The notes under the pieces: generated by a model
What the model was told of the DNA's origin: nothing
Seen by the model: the letters and a program-made list of their open reading frames with translations, nothing else
The model's database searches: none
Part shown: piece by piece, positions 16,662 through 26,062 of the stretch
Position numbering within the stretch: position 1 is the first letter of the stretch
Layout: every line of letters starts with the position of its first letter
NCBI GenBank assembly: GCA_027624625.1
Contig: JAQBWH010000006.1
Span: forward strand, 357-64,356
Direction: 5' to 3'
From: Verrucomicrobiota bacterium
GTDB lineage: Bacteria; Verrucomicrobiota; Verrucomicrobiia; Chthoniobacterales; JACTMZ01
DNA length: 64,000 nucleotides
Program-made: the position numbers and the translations under genes

Positions 16662-18980
16662 TCAGACCGTTGCGGTTTCCGGATCGCCCAGCACTTCACG
16701 CTTGATGCTTTTGCCGGTGCGTTTGCCCCACCAAAGAACAATGGGTGCGGCGACGAAGATGGACGAGTAGGTTCCGATAAGCACGCCGATGATGATGGCC
16801 AGGGCAAAGTCGCTGAGAACCGGTCCGCCGAGGAAAAACAATGCCGACGTGGCCAGCAGGGTGGTGCCGCCGGTCAGAATGGTGCGGCCGAGGGTTTCAT
16901 TGATGCACGCATTCATGATTTGCGCGACCGTGCCGCGGCGTCCGGACTTGAGTCCCTCGCGGACGCGGTCGAAGACCACAATGGTGTCGTTGATCGAGTA
17001 GCCGGCGATGGTGAGCACGGCGCCGACCATGACGAGGGAAACTTCCCGGCCGAGAAGCGAGAAGACGCCGATGGTGATGACGACATCGTGGAGCAATGCG
17101 ACGAGTGCCCCGAGGGCGAAGGAGAATTCGAAGCGCAGTGTGACGTAAACGAGGATGCCGAGCAGGCCGAGGGCCAGTGCGAAGAGCGAGCGTCCGGCCA
17201 GTTCCTTGCCGACCCGAGGTCCGACCGTATCGGTTTGTTCGATGGTCAGGCCGGCCGCGGGGAAATCCTGCTGCAATTTGGTGACCAAAGAATCGGCGGT
17301 GCCGAAACGACTTTGCACGGTGATGAGTTCGCGGCCTTCCTCCGTCGCGGTTTGCAGGGTGGCTTCGCCCAGGCTGGCGGCTTTGACACTCTGCCGCAGG
17401 TCGGCCAGCGGGACGTTCGCGGTCGCGGCCAACACGACAAGGTCGCCGCCGGTGAAGTCGACGCCGAAGTTTTTCTCCCCGCGCCAGGCAAAAAATCCGA
17501 CCGAACCGAGAATGAGGACAAGGGACGCGGCGAGGGCGATGTGGCGTTTGCCGAGAAAATCGATGCTGTGGGACGGAATCCAGTTAAGCATGCGCAATTT
17601 TTTCAGTCCGAAATTGTCCAGCAGGAACCCGAAGATCGTGCGGGTGAAAAGCAACGCCGAAAACATCGAGGCGATGATGCCGAGAGTCAGGGTGATGGCG
17701 AAACCCTTGACCGGGCCGGTGGCTTGCCAGAAAAGAATGGCCGAGGTGATCAGGGTGGTCACGTTGGCGTCAAAGATGGCGGAGAAGGCCTTGTTGTAGG
17801 CCGAATTGACCGCGGTCCCGAGCGATTTGCCCGCCGCCATTTCCTCGCGGAGGCGCTCGTAAATGAGGACGTTGGCGTCAATGGCCATGCCGATGGTCAG
17901 GATGATGCCGGCGATACCGGGCAGGGTGAGGACAAAATTGAACATGCTCATCGCCCCGAAGAGGAGGATGAGATTGACTGCCAGGGCCAAACAGGCGACG
18001 AGGCCGGCCAACCGGTAATAAGCGAGAACGAAAAGGAGGGTGAGGGCCAGGCCGAGGAGACCGGCGCCGACGCCGCTACGGATGGAGTCCGCTCCGAGTG
18101 AAGAGGAAACGCTGCGGGTCTCTTCGATCTCGACCGGTGTCTTGAGCGGGTTTTCCAGAACGCTGGCCAGATTGCGGGCCTCTTCGTCGGAGAAGTTTCC
18201 GGTGATGACCGCTTCGCCGCCGTAGATGGGTTGGCGGATGTTCGGGGCGCTCTGCACGTCGCCGTCGAGCATGATGGCGAGGCGCTGGCCGACGTTGTTG
18301 GCCGTGAGATCGCCGAAGATTGTGCCGCCCTCGCTGTCCAGTGTCATGGCCACGCCGTAACCCGCGACGTCGTAAAACGGATTGGCCGCCGTGACGCGGT
18401 CACCGGTGAGGTCGGCGCGCTGTTTGACCAGCAAGCGCACAGTCTCTTCTTTGCCTTCGATCACTTCGGCGTATTCCTTGACGACATAACCGGGCGGAAG
18501 AACCCCTTGTCCGGCCTCCACTTGGGTCAGGACGGAGTCGCTCTGCGGGTGAACGAGGGCGAACTCGAGCTTCGCCACGCGTTGGAGTTGCTCGCGGGTC
18601 TGGGCGAGTTTTTCGGTGTCGAGCCCGGGGATCTGGACGAGGATGCGGTCGCGGCCTTGGGCGGCAATGACCGGTTCACTCACCCCGAATTGGTCCACGC
18701 GTTTGCGGATGACCTCGATGGCCTGGTCGAGGGTGGTCGGGGTGATTTCCTCCCCGTCTTGGCCGACCAGTCGGAGGAGAAAGGAGGTACCGCCCTGCAG
18801 GTCGAGACCGAGTCGTATTTTCTTCTCCGGCGGTATGACCGCTTCGAGGCAAAAGGTGAGGAGCAGGACGGTGAGGACGAGCCCGATCATCCTCTTGCGG
18901 AGGGAGAGGTCGGTGAAAAAATACCAGATGAAAAGGCCGAGAAGAAGCAGGCCAAAGGTGAAGGTGAGGGTCGGGCTCAT
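16662..18980 (-). CDS. secDF: Protein translocase subunit SecDF (fused)
   Basis: 772 aa. A SecD periplasmic domain plus 6 TM is followed by SecF-like 6 TM, with duplicated IDANVLIYERLREE / INDTIVVFDRVRE motifs. Confidence 0.92.
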   Translation of the reverse strand: MSPTLTFTFGLLLLGLFIWYFFTDLSLRKRMIGLVLTVLLLTFCLEAVIPPEKKIRLGLDLQGGTSFLLRLVGQDGEEITPTTLDQAIEVIRKRVDQFGVSEPVIAAQGRDRILVQIPGLDTEKLAQTREQLQRVAKLEFALVHPQSDSVLTQVEAGQGVLPPGYVVKEYAEVIEGKEETVRLLVKQRADLTGDRVTAANPFYDVAGYGVAMTLDSEGGTIFGDLTANNVGQRLAIMLDGDVQSAPNIRQPIYGGEAVITGNFSDEEARNLASVLENPLKTPVEIEETRSVSSSLGADSIRSGVGAGLLGLALTLLFVLAYYRLAGLVACLALAVNLILLFGAMSMFNFVLTLPGIAGIILTIGMAIDANVLIYERLREEMAAGKSLGTAVNSAYNKAFSAIFDANVTTLITSAILFWQATGPVKGFAITLTLGIIASMFSALLFTRTIFGFLLDNFGLKKLRMLNWIPSHSIDFLGKRHIALAASLVLILGSVGFFAWRGEKNFGVDFTGGDLVVLAATANVPLADLRQSVKAASLGEATLQTATEEGRELITVQSRFGTADSLVTKLQQDFPAAGLTIEQTDTVGPRVGKELAGRSLFALALGLLGILVYVTLRFEFSFALGALVALLHDVVITIGVFSLLGREVSLVMVGAVLTIAGYSINDTIVVFDRVREGLKSGRRGTVAQIMNACINETLGRTILTGGTTLLATSALFFLGGPVLSDFALAIIIGVLIGTYSSIFVAAPIVLWWGKRTGKSIKREVLGDPETATV

Positions 18981-19017
18981 GATTGGGTGGTGGCGCGAAG
19001 TCGGGCGCGCGGCGGGG

Positions 19018-19338
19018 TCAGTCTTCGGCGGACTTGCTCACCGAAACAACGGCGGCTTTGTCCATTTCGATTTTCACGTTATCGGCGACCTTGAGGAGGA
19101 TGGTTGATTCTTTGACGTTGGCCACGATGCCGTGCATTCCCCCGCTGGTGATGACTTTGTCACCTGTTTTGATCGCGGTAACCAGCTTCTGGTGTTCCTT
19201 TTGTTTTTTCTGCTGCGGACGGATGAGCAGGAAGTAGAAGAGGACCGCAATGATGATGAGCGGGAGGAATTGGAAAAGCGCCGGCGGTTGCTCGGGGGCG
19301 CTGGGTGCGGCTTGGGCGAGAAAGGTCATGAATTCCAT
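19018..19338 (-). CDS. yajC: Preprotein translocase subunit YajC
   Basis: LIRPQQKKQKEHQKLVTAIKTGDKVITSGGMHGIV is the YajC signature. Start chosen at MEFMTF; the ORF track begins at 19377. Confidence 0.88.
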   Translation of the reverse strand: MEFMTFLAQAAPSAPEQPPALFQFLPLIIIAVLFYFLLIRPQQKKQKEHQKLVTAIKTGDKVITSGGMHGIVANVKESTILLKVADNVKIEMDKAAVVSVSKSAED

Positions 19339-19442
19339 AGAACCGCGCAGGGTAGGCGAGGCGCGGGGTGGATCCAAGGAATTTGCGGCCCCCTTCTTTG
19401 TACTTTGCGGAAAGGGGGCGGACAGATATTAACAATTTCCCG

Positions 19443-20321
19443 ATGATGGAACTTAAATTTCCCGGCTGGGAACTGGTTCGCTGCGGCAAGGTCCGCGAGG
19501 TTTATGCATCGGGAGACCGCGTACTTCTGGTGGCGAGCGACCGTCTCTCCGCCTTCGACTGCATCTTGCCCGACCCGATCCCGGGCAAAGGTGAGTTGTT
19601 GACCCAGCTTTCCGCTTTTTGGTTCGGGCGGCTGGACTTTATGCCTAATCACCTCCTTTCGGTGGACTTTGCCACTTTTCCCGCCGAGTTGCAGCCCTTT
19701 GCCGGCGAGTTGGCCGGTCGCGCCATGCTCTGCCGCCAGACAAAGCCCCTGCCCGTCGAATGTGTCGTCCGCGGTTATCTGGCCGGGGCGGCTTGGGAGG
19801 AATACCGGAAGCACGGCACGGTGGGCGGACATGACGTGCCCCGCGGTCTGCCCGAGGCAGCCAAACTTCCCCAACCCCTTTTCACCCCGACGACCAAGGC
19901 ATCCGAGGGTCATGACGAAGCAATCACTTGGGAAAAATGCCGCCGCCTGATCGGCGATGATCTCGCCCACGCGGTGCGCGAGGCCAGCTTCGAGGTCTAC
20001 GACTACGGCCGGGTGCAGGCTGCGCGGGCCGGCGTGATCATCGCCGATACCAAGTTTGAATTCGGGTTGCTCGGCGACGAACTCCTGCTGATCGACGAGT
20101 GCCTCACGCCCGACTCCTCGCGTTTCTGGCCGTCCGAGGCATGGAATCCGGGCCAGCATCCTCCGAGTTTCGACAAACAATTCGTGCGGGACTGGTTGTT
20201 GCAGTCCGGTTGGGACCGGCAGCCCCCCGCTCCGCACTTGCCGCCGGAGATCATCGCGCAGACCGCGGCGAAATACCGCGAGGCCTACGAACGCCTCGCC
20301 CTCGGACGGCGTCCGGCGTGA
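19443..20321 (+). CDS. purC: Phosphoribosylaminoimidazole-succinocarboxamide synthase (SAICAR synthetase)
   Basis: It has GKVREVY, ASDRLSAFD and IADTKFEFG. Start chosen at MMELKF. Confidence 0.92.
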   Translation: MMELKFPGWELVRCGKVREVYASGDRVLLVASDRLSAFDCILPDPIPGKGELLTQLSAFWFGRLDFMPNHLLSVDFATFPAELQPFAGELAGRAMLCRQTKPLPVECVVRGYLAGAAWEEYRKHGTVGGHDVPRGLPEAAKLPQPLFTPTTKASEGHDEAITWEKCRRLIGDDLAHAVREASFEVYDYGRVQAARAGVIIADTKFEFGLLGDELLLIDECLTPDSSRFWPSEAWNPGQHPPSFDKQFVRDWLLQSGWDRQPPAPHLPPEIIAQTAAKYREAYERLALGRRPA

Positions 20322-21214
20322 ACGCGGAAATCGACCAATTCATCCTTTATCTCGCCACCGAGCGGGGACTTTCCGACAACTACCAGCTGAGCACGCGATC
20401 CTCGCTCGAACTTTTTGTCCGTTGGTCGGCGGAGTCTGGTCGTGGAGCGGTTTGGCCGGCGGTGACCCCCGAGCAAATCGGCGAATTTCTCGGCTGGCGC
20501 AAAAAGGGTGGCGCGGCCGCGGCAACCATCCGCCTTCATGCCGTGGCCTTGCGCATTTTTTTCCGCTTTCTTGTGCAGCGCAAAATGCTGGGGGTTGACC
20601 CGACCGAATTTCTCGGCGTGCCGAAGGTCGAGCGCTATTTGCCCGAGACGCTGTCCGGCCCGGAGGTGACCCGCCTGATCCAGGCTGCGGGCGGAGGGAC
20701 ACCGCTGGAAAGGCGCGACCGCGCCATCGTTGAATTGCTTTACGCGAGCGGGTTGCGCGTTTCCGAAATCTGCCAGGCACGCTTGGAAAATCTCGATCTG
20801 GAACAGGGTTTCATCCGCGTGGTCGGCAAAGGGAACAAACAGCGCCTGGTGCCGGTCGGTTCAGGTGCGCGAAAGTCGCTCCGGCGCTACCTTTCCTCGG
20901 GTCGTCCCGAACTGGTCGGACCGAAAACGGGCGGTGAAGTGTTTTTGTCCGTGCGGGGAAGAAAATTGACCAACCAGCGCATCTGGCAATTGCTCGGGGA
21001 GTTGGCTGCGCGGGCCGGTTTGGAAAAAAACGTCCATCCGCACATGCTGAGGCACTCCTTCGCCACCCACTTGCTCCAAGGTGGCGCCGATTTGCGGATC
21101 ATCCAGGAACTGCTCGGCCACGCCGATATTGCGACGACGCAAGTTTACACCCAGGTCGACACGCGCGGCTTGCACAAGGCGCATCGTCAATTCCATCCGC
21201 GGGCCAAAAAGTAA
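20318..21214 (+). CDS. Tyrosine recombinase XerC/XerD family
   Basis: The GTG start overlaps the purC stop (GTGA). The N-terminal core-binding motif is ERGLSDNY. The catalytic region has HMLRHSFATHLL and LGHADIATTQVYT. Confidence 0.85.
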   Translation: MNAEIDQFILYLATERGLSDNYQLSTRSSLELFVRWSAESGRGAVWPAVTPEQIGEFLGWRKKGGAAAATIRLHAVALRIFFRFLVQRKMLGVDPTEFLGVPKVERYLPETLSGPEVTRLIQAAGGGTPLERRDRAIVELLYASGLRVSEICQARLENLDLEQGFIRVVGKGNKQRLVPVGSGARKSLRRYLSSGRPELVGPKTGGEVFLSVRGRKLTNQRIWQLLGELAARAGLEKNVHPHMLRHSFATHLLQGGADLRIIQELLGHADIATTQVYTQVDTRGLHKAHRQFHPRAKK

Positions 21215-21252
21215 AGCGTGCTGCCCGCGCGGGATTGGGTAATTCTTTAATC

Positions 21253-21936
21253 ATGTCCACTTATTCCATGCCTGTCTCCGACTTGGCCGCGCGGGATCAG
21301 GGTTCTTTCCTGGTCCGGGTGTACGCGCATCTTATCCTCGCCGTCCTCCTGTTTGTCGGTTTGGAGGTTTGGTTTTTCCGCAGCGGGATGGCCGATACCG
21401 TGCTGCAAATTTTTTCCGCTGTCTCCTGGCTCGTCGTGCTCGGCGGCTTCATGCTCCTTTCGTGGGTGGCCACGCTGATTGCCGTGCCGTCCGTCCCACG
21501 GCCCCTGCAATACCTCGGATTTTTCCTCTACGTGCTTTTGCAGGCGCTCATCACCATCCCCCTGCTGGCCGCGGCGAACAGCGCGGCACCAGGGGTCATT
21601 GCCAGTGCGGCGCAGGCCACGATCGGAGGATTCCTGCTTCTCACGGCGGTGGTGGTGACCACCGGGAGAAACTTTTCCTTTCTGCGCTCGTTTCTCATTT
21701 GGGGAGGGCTGTTTGGATTGGGGGTTATTGTCTGTGCCGTTCTTTTCAATTTCGACCTGGGGACCTGGTTTAGTGTGGCCATGATCGCGCTGGCCGGCGG
21801 CTCGGTGCTGTACACGACATCGAATATCATGCGCGGATTCCCGCCCAGCGCCGACGTGGCGGCCTCGATCCAGCTTTTCGCCGGCATGGCTATGATGTTC
21901 TGGTATGTGCTACGCCTTTTCATGGCGCGGCGCTGA
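21253..21936 (+). CDS. Bax inhibitor-1/YccA family membrane protein
   Basis: It has 7 TM segments, FLVRVYAHLILAVLLF near the N-terminus, and the family-typical C-terminus LFAGMAMMFWYVLRLF. Confidence 0.8.
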   Translation: MSTYSMPVSDLAARDQGSFLVRVYAHLILAVLLFVGLEVWFFRSGMADTVLQIFSAVSWLVVLGGFMLLSWVATLIAVPSVPRPLQYLGFFLYVLLQALITIPLLAAANSAAPGVIASAAQATIGGFLLLTAVVVTTGRNFSFLRSFLIWGGLFGLGVIVCAVLFNFDLGTWFSVAMIALAGGSVLYTTSNIMRGFPPSADVAASIQLFAGMAMMFWYVLRLFMARR

Positions 21937-22002
21937 TCACGGTGCGGGATTTGTTTTGGTCACGGATGGCGGCAGCGACATCGCGATCCACTCCCGCTTT
22001 GT

Positions 22003-22872
22003 TCATCTGATCATTTGTGCCGCATCCTCGTGCCGCTGGAGCAACTCGAAGTCGATCATAGTGTAGACGATCCTGCCGTGGCGGTGGAGGAGAGTGCCGT
22101 CGGCACGGGGGCGGACAATAAGATGGCGCGGTTTGTTGTCGAGCACGCGGTAACCGAGTCGTGACAGGGCGTGGTTGCTTGAACGGGTCAGCAGGACCAA
22201 GAGTTCCTCGTCCAGCAAACCGAGTTGGGAAGCCTCCTCGGCATCGATGCCATCGATCCAGGCGAAGATTTCGATGTAGTCCCGCTCGGGATCAAGGGTG
22301 ACCTGGACCAGTCCGTTCTCGAACTGGTCTTCGGCCATGGCCTCTTGGTGGGTGCGGAAGACGTCCAGATGACGTCCAGTCTGCCACAAGGGGTATTTTT
22401 CCGGGGGGGAATAGATCGCGAGCGGCAATTTGGTGCGCAAGCGGTGTGTCCCGTGGTTGAGGATGTTGTGGCGCAGTTGGTGGAGCAGCCCGAATTCGGC
22501 GAAGGGCGAGAGGAAGCGCGCATCGGCCACCGCACCGTCCGGCAGGGAATCGAGGAATTCGTCCGGAATGAAAAGGGGGACGTCCTGCGCGAGTCGCGAG
22601 AATTTCACCACAAGGTCACGGGGAGGGAGTCCGTCCGGGGCGCTCCGCGCGCGGTAGACGGTGCCGGTGCTGCCGCCGAGCCGCTCGCCCCGCACGCTCA
22701 AATCTTGGCGGTTCCACCAGCGGTCCGGCTGGAGGTAAGCGGACCAATGCCATGCCGGCCGGCTGATGTACAGCCCGCCACCATCCGGTTGCGGGCATAC
22801 GGCGTAGTCGACGCCGAAGACCTTGGCGCGTCGCTCCAGCGGGAGGATTTGGAAGGGAGGATGGTCCTCCAT
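22003..22872 (-). CDS. Protein-kinase-like fold protein (Kdo/WaaP or RIO-like), hypothetical
   Basis: Start chosen at MEDHPPF; the ORF-track N-terminus overlaps the next gene. The kinase-like elements are a Gly-rich loop LGGSTGTVYRA, the Lys in DLVVKF, a catalytic-loop-like VLDNKPRHLIV, and the DFG-like IDFE. Confidence 0.55.
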   Translation of the reverse strand: MEDHPPFQILPLERRAKVFGVDYAVCPQPDGGGLYISRPAWHWSAYLQPDRWWNRQDLSVRGERLGGSTGTVYRARSAPDGLPPRDLVVKFSRLAQDVPLFIPDEFLDSLPDGAVADARFLSPFAEFGLLHQLRHNILNHGTHRLRTKLPLAIYSPPEKYPLWQTGRHLDVFRTHQEAMAEDQFENGLVQVTLDPERDYIEIFAWIDGIDAEEASQLGLLDEELLVLLTRSSNHALSRLGYRVLDNKPRHLIVRPRADGTLLHRHGRIVYTMIDFELLQRHEDAAQMIR

Positions 22873-22898
22873 GCAGGTCGGGTCCGCCGGGGGCCAGG

Positions 22899-23393
22899 TT
22901 AGTAGTTGCCCATGATACCGGGGGGCGCTTCGGTATAGCCGTAGGGACCGACGGGCATGCCGACATAGTAGAGGCGGTTGCTGGCCACTTTGCCGGAGGC
23001 GGTATCGAAAATCATGACGGGACGTCCGCCGCCAGTCGGCCGCGCGGAAATGGTGTCGACAAGAATGTAGCGGGGAATGTTTTGCGCTCCGCGTTGCTGG
23101 GCTTGGGCCACGAGCATTTGTCCACGTTGTTCGGCCAGCATGCGTTGGTCGCGTCCGACCTGCATGTTTGTTGCGGCCACTGCGAGCGCACCCGCTCCCG
23201 CGGCGGCGCCAAGCGCGATGGGCACGGCGGAACTTGCCGGCACGCCGGTGGTGCCGAGGGCGATACCGGTGGCTGCCCCGGCCAGACCGGCCGCGAGGAG
23301 TCCCGCTTCGGTGGAGCTGAAGTTTTCGCAGCCCGAAACACCGAGCGAACCGGCGGCGGCCAGGGCGGTGCAATAGCGGAGAGATCGTGGCAT
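22899..23393 (-). CDS. Glycine-zipper lipoprotein, hypothetical
   Basis: MPRSLRYCTALAAAGSLGVSGC is a signal peptide plus lipobox. It is followed by the G/A-rich zipper GLLAAGLAGAATGIALG...GAAAGAGALA. Confidence 0.6.
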   Translation of the reverse strand: MPRSLRYCTALAAAGSLGVSGCENFSSTEAGLLAAGLAGAATGIALGTTGVPASSAVPIALGAAAGAGALAVAATNMQVGRDQRMLAEQRGQMLVAQAQQRGAQNIPRYILVDTISARPTGGGRPVMIFDTASGKVASNRLYYVGMPVGPYGYTEAPPGIMGNY

Positions 23394-23493
23394 GGCTTCT
23401 CCATAATCCATGGTGGAGAATGTGCAAGCCGCAGATGTCAAGACGGACCGCGGGGCTTTTCAGGCGCAGGGCCCTGCGCTAGCTTCACCTTTG

Positions 23494-23946
23494 ATGAATC
23501 TGACCGAAGAGCAAAAAAAACTGGTCGCTGCCTGGGTCACTAACGGGGCATCGCTGGCCGAGGTGCAGAAACGCTTGAAGGAGGAATGTGCCATGACTGT
23601 CACCTACATGGACGTACGATTTTTGGTCGACGACCTGCAGTTGCAACTCGAGGAGCAGCCCAGGCAAAGCGAGGCGGTTGATCGCTTGGCCGCGGCCAAG
23701 CAGGAAGGCGAGAGTGCGCGCTCCGAGCCGGCGTCCGGCGGGGTCAGGGTGACGATGGACAGCATCACCAAGCCGCAGTCCATGGCCAGTGGGAAGGTGA
23801 CTTTTTCCGATGGCGAAACGGCCGACTGGATGCTCGATCAGACCGGACGCCTCGGCCTGAACCCGGTCACGCCGGGTTACCGTCCTTCCCAAGCGGACGT
23901 GATCACTTTCCAGCAAGAATTGCAGCGCGTGGCGCAGGGATTTTGA
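23494..23946 (+). CDS. Hypothetical protein
   Basis: 150 aa starting from MNLTEEQKKLVAAWV. GC-rich third codon positions. No domain recognised. Confidence 0.5.
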   Translation: MNLTEEQKKLVAAWVTNGASLAEVQKRLKEECAMTVTYMDVRFLVDDLQLQLEEQPRQSEAVDRLAAAKQEGESARSEPASGGVRVTMDSITKPQSMASGKVTFSDGETADWMLDQTGRLGLNPVTPGYRPSQADVITFQQELQRVAQGF

Positions 23947-23952
23947 TCCCCG

Positions 23953-24156
23953 CTACTCCATCACGCTGTTGAACCACGACTCATAACGCTGGTCCTGCGC
24001 CTGGCGCCGCAAGAATTGGCGGTTTTGGAAGGCGTCCCACTTCTGGTTGCGATGGTAAAGATCACGCTGCAGGGCGTAGGTGGGGTCTTGGTAAGGATCC
24101 CGATTCGCGCAACCGGCGGAGGTGACGGCGAGGGCGAGGAGGAGGAGCGCTTTCAT
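23953..24156 (-). CDS. Small lipoprotein, hypothetical
   Basis: 67 aa beginning MKALLLLALAVTSAGC (lipobox). The ORF-track version (to 24402) overlaps dapL. Confidence 0.55.
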   Translation of the reverse strand: MKALLLLALAVTSAGCANRDPYQDPTYALQRDLYHRNQKWDAFQNRQFLRRQAQDQRYESWFNSVME

Positions 24157-24175
24157 TGACCGGAGGGTAGGCGGG

Positions 24176-25426
24176 TTAGCCGGCCTTTGTGAAGTCCAGT
24201 GCGGCGAGGCGACCGGCTGCTTCGACGGCGCGCTCGCGGCTGTTGAAGGCGGAGATGCGGAAGTAACCTTCGCCGGCCGCCCCGAAGCCGCTGCCGGGGG
24301 TGATGACGATGTTGGCCTCGCGCAGGAGAAAGTCGAACATGGTCCAACTGGGGACGCCCTCGGGTCCACGCACCCAGAGGTAGGGCGCGTCGATGCCGCC
24401 ATAAACCCGGAGCCCGGCCCCGCTTACCGCCTCGCGTAGGATGCGGGCGTTCTCCATGTAGAAATCAACCAGCGCATCGACCTCTTGCCTCCCCTCGGGC
24501 GAGTAGATCGCCTCGGCGGCGCGCTGCACGGGGTAGGAGACGCCGTTGAACTTCGTGGTGTGGTTGCGCAGCCAAAGCGGGTAGAGCGGTTTGCTTTCCC
24601 CGCCGCGGGTTTGCCCGTGGAGCGATTTCGGCACGACAGTGAAGGCGCAACGCAGGCCGGTGAAGCCGCCGTTTTTGGAGAAGCTGCGGAACTCGATGGC
24701 GCACTCGCGGGCGCCGTCGATCTCGTAAATGGAGTGCGGGATGCCGGGCGTCCGCACGTAGGCTTCGTAGGCGGCGTCGAAGAGGATGATGGCGTGATGC
24801 TTGCGCGCGTAATCGACCCAGGCCGCGAGTTGTTCGCGGGTGGCCACGGCGCCGGTCGGGTTATTCGGATAGCAGAGGTAGATGAGATCGGCGGCTTCCT
24901 TCGGGATGGCGGGAACGAAGCCGTTCTCCGCGGTGCAGGGCAGGTAAACCACACCGGCGTAGGCGCCAGTCTCGCCGGCGTCGCCGGTGTTGCCGACCAT
25001 CACATTGGTGTCGACGTAAACGGGATAGACCGGGTCGGTGATGGCCACGCGGTTGCCGGGGCCGAAGATGTCGAGGATGTTGCCGCAGTCGCACTTCGAG
25101 CCGTCGGAGACAAAGATTTCGTCGTCGGCGATGTCGAGCCCGTGGTCGCGGAAATCGTGCTGTGCGATGGCTTGGCGGAGGAAATCGTAGCCTTGTTCGG
25201 GACCGTATCCGCGGAAGGTCTCGCGCTGGCCGAGTTCATCGACCGCTTTGTGCAGCGCCTCGCGGCAGGCCGCGGGGAGGGGTTCGGTCACATCACCGAT
25301 CCCGCAGCGAATGACCCGGCCGGCCGCGCCGGGATGAGCCTCGGTGAAAGCTTTGACCCGCCGCGCAATCTCGGGAAAGAGGTAGCCGGCTTTGAGTTTG
25401 GAATAGTTTTCGTTGAGGTAGGCCAT
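24176..25426 (-). CDS. dapL: LL-diaminopimelate aminotransferase
   Basis: 416 aa with the N-terminus [20 protein letters not shown] characteristic of DapL. It is a class I aminotransferase with the PLP-Lys region [10 protein letters not shown]. Confidence 0.88.
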   Translation of the reverse strand: MAYLNENYSKLKAGYLFPEIARRVKAFTEAHPGAAGRVIRCGIGDVTEPLPAACREALHKAVDELGQRETFRGYGPEQGYDFLRQAIAQHDFRDHGLDIADDEIFVSDGSKCDCGNILDIFGPGNRVAITDPVYPVYVDTNVMVGNTGDAGETGAYAGVVYLPCTAENGFVPAIPKEAADLIYLCYPNNPTGAVATREQLAAWVDYARKHHAIILFDAAYEAYVRTPGIPHSIYEIDGARECAIEFRSFSKNGGFTGLRCAFTVVPKSLHGQTRGGESKPLYPLWLRNHTTKFNGVSYPVQRAAEAIYSPEGRQEVDALVDFYMENARILREAVSGAGLRVYGGIDAPYLWVRGPEGVPSWTMFDFLLREANIVITPGSGFGAAGEGYFRISAFNSRERAVEAAGRLAALDFTKAG

Positions 25427-25586
25427 GGGAAAAGAAGGTGGAGTTTAGAATTCAGAGCGAAGATGTCAAAGCGTGGGCTTCCCCGGTGCACTCGGCAGGC
25501 ATCGGGAGCAAGAGGTGGTTGCCGTTATTTTTGAGCGCCCTACGGCGCCGGAGGGTCTAAATTAACAGGCACAACAGTCTCACACC

Positions 25587-25961
25587 TTGAAAACCGAGAT
25601 TTCCCATTACGCACGCTTCGCCTCGGTGCTGGCCGTCCTCATGCTGGGGACCGGATCTTGTTGCTGCCAAGTGGCGTTGATCTCGGGCTTTCTTTCGCTC
25701 GGTAAAGGTTGCTGTGAGAAGCCGTTACAACCGGCGAGCCAACACGAGGACTGCCATTGCGCGGGGAAGGTTTTGACCGAGGGAAAAGTTGATACGGTTT
25801 CCGGCCTTCCCTCCACACCGAGAGCGGTGGCCGATCACCTCGGTATTTTCCAACCCGATGGTTTCTCTTGCGCGCCCCTTTTGTTGCACTCTGTGCCGGC
25901 GATGGCGCATGCGCCTCCGCGGCAGGCTCTGCGGAGTCTTCTGCAAGTTTGGTTGATTTGA
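25587..25961 (+). CDS. Small Cys/His-rich membrane-anchored protein, hypothetical
   Basis: TTG start, 124 aa. One hydrophobic segment (FASVLAVLMLGTGSCCC) is followed by GCCEKP and HEDCHC. It lies directly upstream of the metal efflux operon. Coding status is uncertain. Confidence 0.35.
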   Translation: MKTEISHYARFASVLAVLMLGTGSCCCQVALISGFLSLGKGCCEKPLQPASQHEDCHCAGKVLTEGKVDTVSGLPSTPRAVADHLGIFQPDGFSCAPLLLHSVPAMAHAPPRQALRSLLQVWLI

Positions 25962-26062
25962 AGCTGGGTTTTTGACAGGACTGGCGGCCTTTGGCCGGCC
26001 GGTCAATGCTCTTTCACAACCCCGCGCCTTCACCCCGGCGCCAAAAACTTCACATACAACCT

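Noticed and set aside
16626-18101. 491-aa plus-strand ORF (also 18231..19094) opposite secDF and yajC
   Set aside because: It is a mirror-frame artefact of a high-GC coding region. The sequence is low-complexity and G/D/E/A-rich, and secDF on the other strand is well supported.
20318-21214. Tyrosine recombinase as a possible integrase of a mobile element
   Set aside because: It has the XerC/D-type N-terminal and catalytic motifs. It is start-stop coupled to purC and flanked by housekeeping genes. There are no att-like repeats or cargo.
22873-23427. Long N-terminal extension of ORF 22003..23427. Analogous extensions occur in 37570..39807, 38493..39698, 39230..40930, 27472..30828, 30240..32933, 44081.., 44917.. 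and 53707...
   Set aside because: The extensions are Arg/Pro-rich, overlap the better-supported upstream gene in another frame, and precede an internal start where family similarity begins. Starts were moved accordingly.
25525-25545. GCGCC-CTAC-GGCGC hairpin preceded by a T-run between dapL and the metal operon
   Set aside because: The T-tract is on the wrong side of the stem for a terminator on either strand, and the stem is only 5 bp.
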